Shown here piece after piece: positions 45,269 through 55,406 of a stretch of 64,000 nt of DNA. The notes beneath the pieces are model-generated. The model was given only the letters and a program-made list of their open reading frames with translations, made no database searches and was not told the DNA's origin. Position numbers and translations under genes: made by a program. Within the stretch, counting starts at the first letter, position 1. The number at the start of each line of letters is the position of its first letter. The stretch is taken from assembly GCA_004297725.1 (NCBI GenBank), contig SCUS01000160.1, positions 5,615 through 69,614 of the forward strand, written 5' to 3'. Source of the stretch: Myxococcaceae bacterium (lineage in GTDB: Bacteria > Myxococcota_A > Polyangia > Polyangiales > Ga0077539).

Positions 45269-45269
45269 C

Positions 45270-46319
45270 TCAGCCCACCCGCTCGGGCTCGATCTCCAGC
45301 GTCACCCCGAAGGCCTCCCTCACCCTCGACCGCACCCGCTCCGCCATCGCGAGGAGCGAGCGCGTCGTGCCGCCCCGGTTCACCAGCGCCAGCGCGTGGC
45401 GGCGCGAGACCCCTGCGCCGTCGACGGTCCACCCCTTGTCCACGCCCGCGCGCTCGATGAGCCAGCCCGCGGCCAGCTTCACCCGGCCGTCGGCGGTCGG
45501 CCACTGCGGCATCGACTCGCCCTCGCCGAGCGCCCCCTTCGCCCTCGCGGCCGCCGTCACCGCCCCGGCGGTCTCCGGGGCCACCAGGGGGTTGGTGAAG
45601 AACGACCCCGCCGTGCGCCCCTCCGGGTCGTCGGGGTCGTAGACCATCCCCTTGGCGCGGCGCAGCGAGAGCACCGTCTCCCGCACCTTCGCCAGCGTCG
45701 GCGCCCCCTCGCCCAGCGCCTTCTGAAGCTCTCCGTAGCGCAGCGCCGGGGCCCCGCCGCGGCGCAGCGCGAAGGCCACCGAGAGCACCGCGTAGCGCCC
45801 GCGCGCCTCCCGCTTGAACACGCTGTCGCGGTATCCGAACGCGCACTCCCTCGGGTGCAGCGTGCGCTGCGAGCGCTCTCGCCGGTCCCACACCCGCACC
45901 CCGGTGATGACCTCGGAGACCTCCTGTCCGTAGGCGCCCACGTTCTGCATCGGCGTGGCGCCCACGCAGCCGGGGATGCCCGACAGGCACTCCACCCCCG
46001 CGAGGCCCTGCGCCACCGACCAGGCCACGAAGTCGTCCCAGGGCTCTCCGGCGCAGAGCAGCACCCGCGCGGTGTCGCCCGCCTCCACCACCTGACGGCC
46101 GCGGGTGGCGACGCGGATCACCGTGCCGTCGAAGCCCTCGTCGGCGATCACCAGGTTGCTGCCGCCGCCCAGCAGCAGCACTGGCATCTTCGCCTCGTCG
46201 GCGGCGCTCACGGCCTCGATGAGCCCCTGCGTGGTGCGCGCCTCGCGGAAGGCCCTCGCCGGGCCGCCGAGGCCGAGCGTGGTGTAGGGCGCGAGGGGGA
46301 CGTCGTGGCGGGTGTTCAC
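45270..46319 (-). CDS. murB: UDP-N-acetylmuramate dehydrogenase
   Basis: GTG complement 46317-46319. PLAPYTTLGLGGPA, LLLGGGSNL, GIPG.VGATPMQNVGAYG, SFFTNP, KL.AGWLIE.AG..KG. Confidence 0.9.
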   Translation of the reverse strand: MNTRHDVPLAPYTTLGLGGPARAFREARTTQGLIEAVSAADEAKMPVLLLGGGSNLVIADEGFDGTVIRVATRGRQVVEAGDTARVLLCAGEPWDDFVAWSVAQGLAGVECLSGIPGCVGATPMQNVGAYGQEVSEVITGVRVWDRRERSQRTLHPRECAFGYRDSVFKREARGRYAVLSVAFALRRGGAPALRYGELQKALGEGAPTLAKVRETVLSLRRAKGMVYDPDDPEGRTAGSFFTNPLVAPETAGAVTAAARAKGALGEGESMPQWPTADGRVKLAAGWLIERAGVDKGWTVDGAGVSRRHALALVNRGGTTRSLLAMAERVRSRVREAFGVTLEIEPERVG

Positions 46320-47257
46320 GCGGTGATCGCCCGGAGCCGCTCCTCGAGGAAGGCCTGCGCGGTGATGGGCTCGTAGCGCGCGGGCCGCTCGGGGGTGACC
46401 GTGGTCGCCACCGGGGCGAGCACCACCTCGGGCCGGGGGTGCGTGAAGAAGGGCAGCGAGTAGCGGGTGACGTTGGGACCCGACGGGTTGACCACCCGGT
46501 GCGTCGTCGCGGGGATCACCCCGTTGGTCGCGCGCTGCAGCATGTCGCCCGCGTCGAGCACGATCTGCCCGGAGAGCGAGTGCACGGGCAGCCAGGAGCC
46601 GTCGCGGGTCTGCAGCTCGAGGCCGCCGGTGGTGCTCTCGACCAGCAGCGTGAGGAGGTTGATGTCCTCGTGGGCCGCGGCGCGCACCGCCCCCTCGGGC
46701 ACCCCAGCGGGCACCGGCGGATAGTGGATGAGCCGCAGGATGCTGTTGCCGTCGACGGCCATGTCCGAGAAGTGGGCGTCGGGCAGCCGGAGGTAGCGGG
46801 CGACGGCGCGCAGCGAGGTGAGCGCCACGGACTCCAGCGCGCGGTAGAGGGAGAGGGAGACCTCGCGGAAGTCGGCGACGCTCGGGTCGTCGGGCCACAC
46901 GTTGGGGTCATAGAAGGCCGAGTGCTCGGGGCGGATGGCGTCCTGGCCGACGTGCCAGAACTCCTTGAGGTCGGCGAGGCGGGCGCCCACCGCGCGCTCC
47001 CTGCCGAAGGGGACGTAGCCGCGGTTGCCCTTCGAGGCGGGCACCACGCAGCGCTGCTTGGCCTCGTCGGGCAGCGCGAAGAGCCGCGCGGTGACCTCGA
47101 AGGCGCGGCGGATGAGCTCCTGCGGGACGCCGTGGCGGTCGAGGGTGACGAAGCCGAACTCGGTGAGCCCGTCGCCGAAGCGACGGACGAAATCCTCTTG
47201 GGAAGCCGCGTCACCGTGGGTGAACGCGTGAAGGTCCACGACCGGAATCGAGCGCAT
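46316..47257 (-). CDS. 2OG-Fe(II) oxygenase (isopenicillin N synthase-like family)
   Basis: MRSIPVVDL..F, GFV.L..HGV, facial triad AHEDINLLTLL ... TTHRVVNP, RYSLPFF. Its stop overlaps the murB start (GTGA). Confidence 0.85.
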   Translation of the reverse strand: MRSIPVVDLHAFTHGDAASQEDFVRRFGDGLTEFGFVTLDRHGVPQELIRRAFEVTARLFALPDEAKQRCVVPASKGNRGYVPFGRERAVGARLADLKEFWHVGQDAIRPEHSAFYDPNVWPDDPSVADFREVSLSLYRALESVALTSLRAVARYLRLPDAHFSDMAVDGNSILRLIHYPPVPAGVPEGAVRAAAHEDINLLTLLVESTTGGLELQTRDGSWLPVHSLSGQIVLDAGDMLQRATNGVIPATTHRVVNPSGPNVTRYSLPFFTHPRPEVVLAPVATTVTPERPARYEPITAQAFLEERLRAITA

Positions 47258-47325
47258 GGCGCGATGGGTATCACAACTGCGAGGGGCGCCGCACAGGGCG
47301 CCCTGCGCGGGCCCGGTCTCGTCGT

Positions 47326-47736
47326 TGCTCTCATCTTCGCGGAGACGCAGCCCGACGCACGTTGTCCATCGCCGCGGAGACGCCGCCCACTCCGCGGTTG
47401 CGGACGGCCCTTCGGGCCTGCAACCGCTGAAGTGGGAGCCTGGAACTGGGCGCCCCGCCGTCGCGGGGCTTCCTGTAGGAGCGCCGGTTGCTGGCGCAAC
47501 CGTCGGGAGGTCATCGACCGCCGCGATGGAACTCCCTGCGACGATCAGCGCCTTGTCCTGCTGCTGCGCGTGAGCACCTACGTCCTCTTCATCGAGCGCT
47601 TCAGCGCTCGATGCGCCTGCAGAGAGTCCCGCGCAGGCGGGACGTTCATCTCCAGGACCCCACTTCAGCGGTTGCAGGCCCGCTCGCGGGCCGCCCGCAA
47701 CCGCGGAGTGGGCGGCGTTTTCACGAAGTGAGAGCA
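47326..47736. repeat. Multi-hairpin element, copy B (same family and orientation as 2251-2789)
   Basis: Core 47376-47722 aligns colinearly with 2350-2688. An outer stem pairs 47326-47339 with 47724-47736. It lies in the divergent intergenic region between the oxygenase and PLD genes. Confidence 0.8.
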
Positions 47737-47797
47737 GTGATGAGGCCCCCCCGGTGCGGTAGACCGCCGTCGCGCGGCGGCCGTACTCTCGCGGGCG

Positions 47798-49054
47798 ATG
47801 AGCTGCTCCCCCCGATGGATCGCGGGCCTCGCCGCGGCGCTCGCCCTGGGCGTCGGCTGCCGCGACGCCGCGGCGCCGATCGCCCCCGACGACGTGGTCT
47901 TCGTCACCGACGCCCCCGCCGCCGTGGACGCCCGGGCGACGACGGACGCCGCCGTCGAGGGGGACGCCCCCGTCGACCTCGATGCGGCCTCCCCCTCCGA
48001 CGACGCCGCCGTCGCCGACGATGTCGCCGCCACCGACGCGGCGCGGCCCGTCGACGCCCGCTCCGACGCGGGGCGCTCCTGCGTGTGCCCGACGCTGCCG
48101 GCGACGTGCTCGCCGCCCGCGCTCGACGTGCCCTCGTTCACCACCGGAGGGGCGCTGCTGGGGCAGCTCATGGGGCTGATCTCCTGCGCCGACACGAGCC
48201 TCCACGCCGCCCTCTACGAGACGCTCTGGACCTGCCTGCCCGACGCCATCCTCGCCCGCCTCGCGGCCGCCCCGGCGCTCACCGTGCAGCTCGTCTACGA
48301 CGACGAGACCTGCCCCCGCGTGGGGGGGACGCTGATGTGCCCGCTGGCCCGCCTCGACGGCCACCCCCGGGTGAGCCTGCTGCCCGACGCGCGCAGCGCG
48401 CTGATGCACCACAAGTTCTTCGTCGTCGACGGCGAGCGCGTCTGGGTCGGGTCGGCCAACGGCAGCGAGCAGTCGTACTGCCGCGACGCCAACGACGCCG
48501 TCGTGCTCGGCGAGCCGGCGATCGTCGGGGCCTTCGAGGGGGAGTTCCAGCGGATGTTTCGCGACCACGCCTTCGGGCCGATCGTGGCGTCGTCGCCGGT
48601 GAGCGCGGGGCGCTACGCGGCGTACTTCAGCCCCCGCTCGCCCACGTCGAGCCCGGCGCGGTGGTTCACGGACATGGTCGGGGCCATCGCCGAGGCGCGC
48701 ACCTCGGTGGACTTCGTGATCTCCGCCTGGACGCGCACCGAGCTCTCCGACGCGATGATCGCCGCGAGGATGCGGGGCGTGGCGGTGCGGGGCATCGTCG
48801 CGCACGAGTACCTCAACGACGCGCCCGCGATGGCGCTGCTCGCCGCGGGGGTGCCGGTGCGCGCGGGCAACGTGCACAGCAAGCTGCTCATCCTCGACGG
48901 GCAGACGGTGATCACCGGCTCGGCCAACTGGTCGGCCGCGGCGTGGGCCAACAACGAGAACAGCCTGTGGATCCGCGACGCCTCGGCGGCGGCGGCCTAC
49001 GGGGAGTACTTCACCCGGCAGTACGGGGCGGCGACGGCCCCGGCGGGGATGTGA
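47798..49054 (+). CDS. Phospholipase D-family (two HKD motifs) lipoprotein
   Basis: LAAALALGVGC lipobox and a D/A/P-rich linker. HKD motifs are HHKFFVVDGERVWVGSANGS and HSKLLILDGQTVITGSANWS. Confidence 0.85.
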   Translation: MSCSPRWIAGLAAALALGVGCRDAAAPIAPDDVVFVTDAPAAVDARATTDAAVEGDAPVDLDAASPSDDAAVADDVAATDAARPVDARSDAGRSCVCPTLPATCSPPALDVPSFTTGGALLGQLMGLISCADTSLHAALYETLWTCLPDAILARLAAAPALTVQLVYDDETCPRVGGTLMCPLARLDGHPRVSLLPDARSALMHHKFFVVDGERVWVGSANGSEQSYCRDANDAVVLGEPAIVGAFEGEFQRMFRDHAFGPIVASSPVSAGRYAAYFSPRSPTSSPARWFTDMVGAIAEARTSVDFVISAWTRTELSDAMIAARMRGVAVRGIVAHEYLNDAPAMALLAAGVPVRAGNVHSKLLILDGQTVITGSANWSAAAWANNENSLWIRDASAAAAYGEYFTRQYGAATAPAGM

Positions 49055-49061
49055 CGCCCGC

Positions 49062-49961
49062 TCAGCGCAGCGGCGCCTCGAGCAGCATCGCCGCCAGCGC
49101 CTCGTAGTTGGAGCGCCGCGGGTCGTCTCCCCGAAACACCAGCCGGAAGTGGTCGAAGCCCGGCTTCACCCTCGGGAGCACCACCTTCAGCGCCCCGGAC
49201 TCCACCCGCTTCTGCACCAGGTACTCGGGCAGCACCGCCACCCCTTCGCCGCGCAGCACCAGGTGCTCCATGGCCGCGATGGTCCCCATGCGCAGCACGC
49301 GGGCGAAGCGCATCGACGCGCCCATCGCCCCGGCCTCCTCGCGCCAGTAGCGGAAGAGCGGCAGCTCCGGCGAGATGTCCACCAGCGTGTGCGCCGCGGC
49401 GTGCTCGGGCCTCGACAGCGGGCTCCGCTCGAGCAGCGCCTTCGAGGCCACGAAGACGTAGTCCTCCCGGTGCAGCGCGATCGCGTCGAGCGCCGGGTCG
49501 CTGAAGCGCGCCGAGAGCACCGCGCAGTCGACCTCGCGCGTCCGCACCCGCAGCAGCAGGTCCGCCGAGTAGCTCACGTAGAGGTGCAGCGTCAGGTCGG
49601 GCCGCTGCTTCGCGAGGCGAGGGAGCTGCGGCAGCAGCCAGCTCATCCCGAGCTCGTGCCTCGTCCCGAGCACCAGCTCCGAGGGCGTCGGGCCCAGCTC
49701 GCCCCGCGCCGCGCGCAGGCAGGTGTCCGCCGCCGAGAGCGTGCGCCGCGCCTCCGGGAGCATCGCCAGCCCCGCGGCGGTGAGCGCCACCGAGCGCGTG
49801 GTGCGGGCGAAGAGGGGGTGGCCCACCTCGTCTTCGAGCTGCCGGATGCGCTGCCCCAGCGCCGCCGGGGTGAGCGCCACGGACCGCGCCGCGGCGCGGA
49901 AGTTCAGGGTCTCCGCGGCGGCCACGAAGCACCGGAGGTTGTCCATCGAAGGGAGCGGCAT
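49062..49961 (-). CDS. LysR family transcriptional regulator
   Basis: N-terminal wHTH: LRCFVAAAETLNFRAAARSVALTPAALGQRIRQLE. 299 aa. Confidence 0.88.
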   Translation of the reverse strand: MPLPSMDNLRCFVAAAETLNFRAAARSVALTPAALGQRIRQLEDEVGHPLFARTTRSVALTAAGLAMLPEARRTLSAADTCLRAARGELGPTPSELVLGTRHELGMSWLLPQLPRLAKQRPDLTLHLYVSYSADLLLRVRTREVDCAVLSARFSDPALDAIALHREDYVFVASKALLERSPLSRPEHAAAHTLVDISPELPLFRYWREEAGAMGASMRFARVLRMGTIAAMEHLVLRGEGVAVLPEYLVQKRVESGALKVVLPRVKPGFDHFRLVFRGDDPRRSNYEALAAMLLEAPLR

Positions 49962-50054
49962 CGGGCGATGGTATCCCCGCCGAGGGCCTGACAGAGGTCA
50001 CCCCGCGCAAGGCTTGTTCAGTGGAGTGTACCGTCACTGCACAGTGTAGCGGCA

Positions 50055-51449
<1,395 letters not shown>

Positions 51450-51468
51450 AAGGGCCCGGGCCCCCCTC

Positions 51469-52194
51469 ATGGTGCGCCGCCTTCGTGAAAGCCTCATCGG
51501 CCTCGCCGCGATCGCCTCGGTCGGGTGCTCCATCGCGCTCGATTTCAGCAGGTCCAACCTGCCGGCCTCGCGCGACGGCGGCGCCCCGCTGGACGTGCCC
51601 CCGCTCACCGATCTCCCCTCGGACACCTCCGAGGTGATCGACGCGCCGACGCCGCCCGACGCGAGCGACGTCCCCGTCGGCATGGACGGCCCCGATGCCT
51701 CGGACGCCCCCGACGCCTCGGACGCCCCCGACGCCTCGGACGCCCCCGATGCCTCGGATGCGACGGATGCGACCGACGCCCCCGAAGCGATGGACGTGGA
51801 GGACGTCGTCGATGCGCCCGATGCGACCGACGCCCCCGAGGGGATGGACGCCTTCGACGCCCCCGACGTCTTCGACGCCCCCGACGCCTTCGACGCGCCC
51901 GACGTCTTCGACGCGCCCGACGTCTTCGACGCGCCCGACGTCCGCGACGCGGGGCCCTCGTGCGACGCCGACCTCACGCGCGACCCGCTGAACTGCGGCG
52001 CCTGCGGCCGGCGCTGCGCCACGACGCCGTGCATGGCGGGCGTCTGCACCTGGTGCCGCGCGCCTCTTTCGCTCTGCAGCGGCAACTGCTACGACCTCCT
52101 CACGTCTGCGCAGCACTGCGGCACGTGCACGACGCGCTGCAGCGGATCGACCCCCAACTGCTGCCAGGGCGCCTGCCGCGCCCGGTGTAACTGA
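51469..52194 (+). CDS. Lipoprotein with DAPDAS/DAPDVF repeats and a C-terminal Stig1-like Cys-rich module
   Basis: LAAIASVGC lipobox and a long acidic tandem repeat. The C-terminus reads DPLNCGACGRRC....C..GVC. Confidence 0.7.
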   Translation: MVRRLRESLIGLAAIASVGCSIALDFSRSNLPASRDGGAPLDVPPLTDLPSDTSEVIDAPTPPDASDVPVGMDGPDASDAPDASDAPDASDAPDASDATDATDAPEAMDVEDVVDAPDATDAPEGMDAFDAPDVFDAPDAFDAPDVFDAPDVFDAPDVRDAGPSCDADLTRDPLNCGACGRRCATTPCMAGVCTWCRAPLSLCSGNCYDLLTSAQHCGTCTTRCSGSTPNCCQGACRARCN

Positions 52195-52206
52195 GGAGGC
52201 GCCGGA

Positions 52207-53592
52207 GTGATCGACCCAGGCACGGAGATCGACGCGCGCTACCGGGTGATACGCCTCCTCGGGGAGGGCGGCATGGGCGCCGTCTACGAGGTCGAGCACC
52301 TCGGCGTCGGCAAGCGCCTCGCGATCAAGATGCTGCACGCCCACTACGCGCGGCAGCCCGAGGCGGTGAAGCGCTTCGCCCGAGAGGCGAGGGCCGCGGC
52401 GGCCATCGGGCACCCGAACATCGTCGAGGTGATCGACACCGGGGTGCACCGCTCCGAGCCGTACATGGTGATGGAGCTGCTGCGCGGGGAGACGCTCGCC
52501 GAGCGCCTCGCGAGGGCGACGGCGATCACCACGAGGGAGGTCTGCGGGGTGATCGGGAGCATCCTCTCGGCGCTCGCGTCGGCGCACGCCAAGGGCATCG
52601 TGCACCGCGACCTGAAGCCGGAGAACGTCTTCCTCGCGGAGTACGGCGGCACGACCACGGTGAAGCTGCTGGACTTCGGGGTGTCGAAGTTTCGCCACGA
52701 GGCCGGCACGCTCTTCGAGACCACGCAGGAGGGCCTGCCCGTGGGGACCCCGGCGTACATGGCCCCGGAGCAGTGGATGGGCCGGCGGGACATCGACCAC
52801 CGGGCCGACCTGTTCGCCGTGGGGGTGATGCTCTTCGAGATGCTCACCGGGGGCTTCCCCTACGAGGGGGCGAGCCAGGGGGAGCTGTTCCTGGAGATCG
52901 TGCGGGGGTCGGAGGCGCCGCCGCTGCCGAGCAGCATCGCCCCGGGGGTGCCGCGCGCCATCGACGTCGTGGTGCTGCGGGCCCTGCGCAGAGAGCGCGA
53001 GGAGCGCTTCCAGTCGGCGAGGGAATTCCTCGACGCGCTGCGGCCCTTCGGCGCCGAGCGCATCGCCGTCTGCGACGACCTCCCGGTGCAGGAGTCGCTC
53101 GACGCCAGCTCCACCTCGCCGCGGCGCGCGCTGCGCCGCACCGCCGCCACCCTCGATGGCGCCCGGGTCTCCGGCCGGCAGATCACGGTGCTGTCGCTGC
53201 TGCTCTCCTTCGTGGTGCTCGGGCTGGTGGTGGTCGCCGGCACCCGCGTCGGCTCGTCGTCCCGGGCGCCGCGCCCGGAGCCCGTCGTCGCCGCGGCCAT
53301 GACGGCCACCCTGCCCGCCGCACCCGCGCCGCCCGAGCCCGCGCCCCCTGCGCCCGCGCCCGCGCCCGCTGTTCTTGCGCCTGCGCCCGCGCCCGCGCCC
53401 GCCGCGGAGCAGGAGACCGCGCTCGCCGCGCTCCACCCCCGGCGCCACGGCCGCCGTCACCACCGATCGCACGCCCCATCGACCCGGGCGCCCTCCTTCG
53501 ACGCGGCCTCCTTCGGCGCCCCATCGCCTCGCGCGCCCTCGCCCCGCGCTCCGGCCGGCCGGGGGGCGCTCCACATCTCGCGAGAATTCTAG
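52207..53592 (+). CDS. Serine/threonine protein kinase (Hanks type), single-pass membrane
   Basis: GEGGMGAVYEV, AIKML, HRDLKPENVFL, DFGVSK, GTPAYMAPE. A TM helix follows the kinase domain, then a P/A-rich tail. GTG start. Confidence 0.92.
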   Translation: MIDPGTEIDARYRVIRLLGEGGMGAVYEVEHLGVGKRLAIKMLHAHYARQPEAVKRFAREARAAAAIGHPNIVEVIDTGVHRSEPYMVMELLRGETLAERLARATAITTREVCGVIGSILSALASAHAKGIVHRDLKPENVFLAEYGGTTTVKLLDFGVSKFRHEAGTLFETTQEGLPVGTPAYMAPEQWMGRRDIDHRADLFAVGVMLFEMLTGGFPYEGASQGELFLEIVRGSEAPPLPSSIAPGVPRAIDVVVLRALRREREERFQSAREFLDALRPFGAERIAVCDDLPVQESLDASSTSPRRALRRTAATLDGARVSGRQITVLSLLLSFVVLGLVVVAGTRVGSSSRAPRPEPVVAAAMTATLPAAPAPPEPAPPAPAPAPAVLAPAPAPAPAAEQETALAALHPRRHGRRHHRSHAPSTRAPSFDAASFGAPSPRAPSPRAPAGRGALHISREF

Positions 53593-53595
53593 CGG

Positions 53596-54579
53596 ATGCG
53601 CTGCGGGCTTCGAGGGTGGGCGATCGTCGCGCTGGCCGTGGGGCTGCACGGCGTGGCGCGCAGCGCGGAGGCGCAGACCGACCCGATGGAGGAGGCGCGG
53701 GTGCACTTCGAGCGGGCCGTCGGGCTCTTCGAGGCGGGGGACCTCCGGGCGGCGCTGGTGGAGTTCGAGCGGGCCTACGCGCTCTCCTCGCGGCCGTCGC
53801 TGCTCTTCAACCTCGGCGCGACGCACCAGGCGCTGCACGAGTACCCCGAGGCGATCGATGCGCTGAGGAGGTTCCTGACGGCGACGGAGGGGCAGCGGTC
53901 GCGGCAGAGGACCGAGGCGGAGCGCGCGCTGCGGGAGCTGCTGCCGCTGATGGCGAGGGTGCGCGTGGAGTGCGATCCCCCGACGGCGGCGGTGACCCTC
54001 GACGGGCGCATCGCGAGCGGCGACGTGCTGAGCGTGGGGCCCGGGAGGCACGTGATCGAGGCGAGCTCGCCGGGTCGGGTGACGCAGCGGGTGGAGGTGA
54101 CCGTGGCGTCGGGCGACTCGCCCTCGCTGCGGCTGGTGCTGCCCGAGCTGCCCTCGGCGGCGGCGGCGGCCGCGCCGGCGGTGACCGCGGCGGCGGTGCT
54201 CCCGGCGACGGCGACCACGGTGGCGCCGAGGGCGATGAGGGCGACGCCGCAGCCGTGGTTCACCAGGGCCTGGGTGTGGGGCGTCACGGGCGGGGCGCTG
54301 GCGCTCGGGGCGACGATCACCGGGGTGCTGGCGGTCGAGGCGCACGACGAGTTCCGTACGAGGACGCAGACGGACGGGGACGTCGACCGCATCGCCACGC
54401 GAGGGCGCTCGCTGGCGGTGGCGACGGACGTGATGGCCCTGGGCGCGCTGGGCGCCGGCGTGACCGCGCTGGTGATGATGGCCCGAGGGGAGGGCGCGCC
54501 GTCGAGGGCGGCGGTGACGAGCCTGCGGGTGGAGCCGTGGCCCGGCGGGGGCGGCATCGTGGGGGCGGGGCGGTTCTAG
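53596..54579 (+). CDS. TPR + PEGA-like domain protein with a C-terminal TM anchor
   Basis: Signal peptide and TPR-like HFERAVGLFEAGDLRAALVEFERAY. A PEGA-like segment (VRVECDPPTAAVTLDGR...GPGRHVIEASSPG) and a TM helix lie near the C-terminus. Starts 4 nt after the kinase stop. Confidence 0.7.
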   Translation: MRCGLRGWAIVALAVGLHGVARSAEAQTDPMEEARVHFERAVGLFEAGDLRAALVEFERAYALSSRPSLLFNLGATHQALHEYPEAIDALRRFLTATEGQRSRQRTEAERALRELLPLMARVRVECDPPTAAVTLDGRIASGDVLSVGPGRHVIEASSPGRVTQRVEVTVASGDSPSLRLVLPELPSAAAAAAPAVTAAAVLPATATTVAPRAMRATPQPWFTRAWVWGVTGGALALGATITGVLAVEAHDEFRTRTQTDGDVDRIATRGRSLAVATDVMALGALGAGVTALVMMARGEGAPSRAAVTSLRVEPWPGGGGIVGAGRF

Positions 54580-54650
54580 CGCCGACGGGTCGTGGTGCTG
54601 CGAGGTCGTAGTGCCCGTCGCGCAGGCGTCGCTACACTCCGTCGGCGCCC

Positions 54651-55406
54651 ATGACCCACGAGTGGACCGACTTCGCCCGCCGCGTGCTGCTCCCCGGGCG
54701 GCCCCGGCTGCCCGAGGCGCGCACCGTGGTCATCGGCATGACGGACGTTGGCGAGGCCTGGGAGGCCCTCATCGCGAGGGGGCTCGTCCCGGGCCCGGAG
54801 CGAGAGGCCCGAGGCGCCTTCCGGGAGCTCGCCGCCCCCGTCGACGAGCCTCGCTGGCAACCCCTCCGCGAGGAGAGCACCGGGGGCCACGAGCCCGCGC
54901 TGCCGGAGTCCGTCGACGCCGCGGTGGTGCTCGCGTGCGACCCTCGGGGCATCGCCCAGGCGGGATCGCTGGCGCTCACCTTCGCGGCGCAGAGCGCGGC
55001 GTGGGAGGCGCCCTCGGAGGCGCGCGTCGCGGCCACCCGGGTGGCGTGGAAGGTCGTCGCCGCCGAGCGGTGGTTCCAGCATTACCTCGATCGGTATCGC
55101 ATGACGAAGATCCTCCAGGAGCTGATGCGCGTGCTCGACGCGCGCTCGACGGACTTCCTCAGCGTGCGCGAGGTGCGGGCGGTGCTCGACGTCACCGGGA
55201 AGGCCTACGCCCTGCGGGTGGCCGACGACGTCGCCGCGTGCGTGCTCTGGAGGGAGGCCGCCGCGCGAGACCTCCAGCGCCCCGACGGCACGCCGTACCG
55301 CGAGCTGCCCGACCCCACCGCCACGATGATCGAGCTCTGGTCCACGGGCTACGCGCTCGACCACATCCGAGGCGACACCGCGGTGCTCGTCGCCCCCGCG
55401 CTCTGA
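54651..55406 (+). CDS. Hypothetical protein
   Basis: 251-aa GC3-rich ORF with no recognisable motif. Confidence 0.5.
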   Translation: MTHEWTDFARRVLLPGRPRLPEARTVVIGMTDVGEAWEALIARGLVPGPEREARGAFRELAAPVDEPRWQPLREESTGGHEPALPESVDAAVVLACDPRGIAQAGSLALTFAAQSAAWEAPSEARVAATRVAWKVVAAERWFQHYLDRYRMTKILQELMRVLDARSTDFLSVREVRAVLDVTGKAYALRVADDVAACVLWREAAARDLQRPDGTPYRELPDPTATMIELWSTGYALDHIRGDTAVLVAPAL

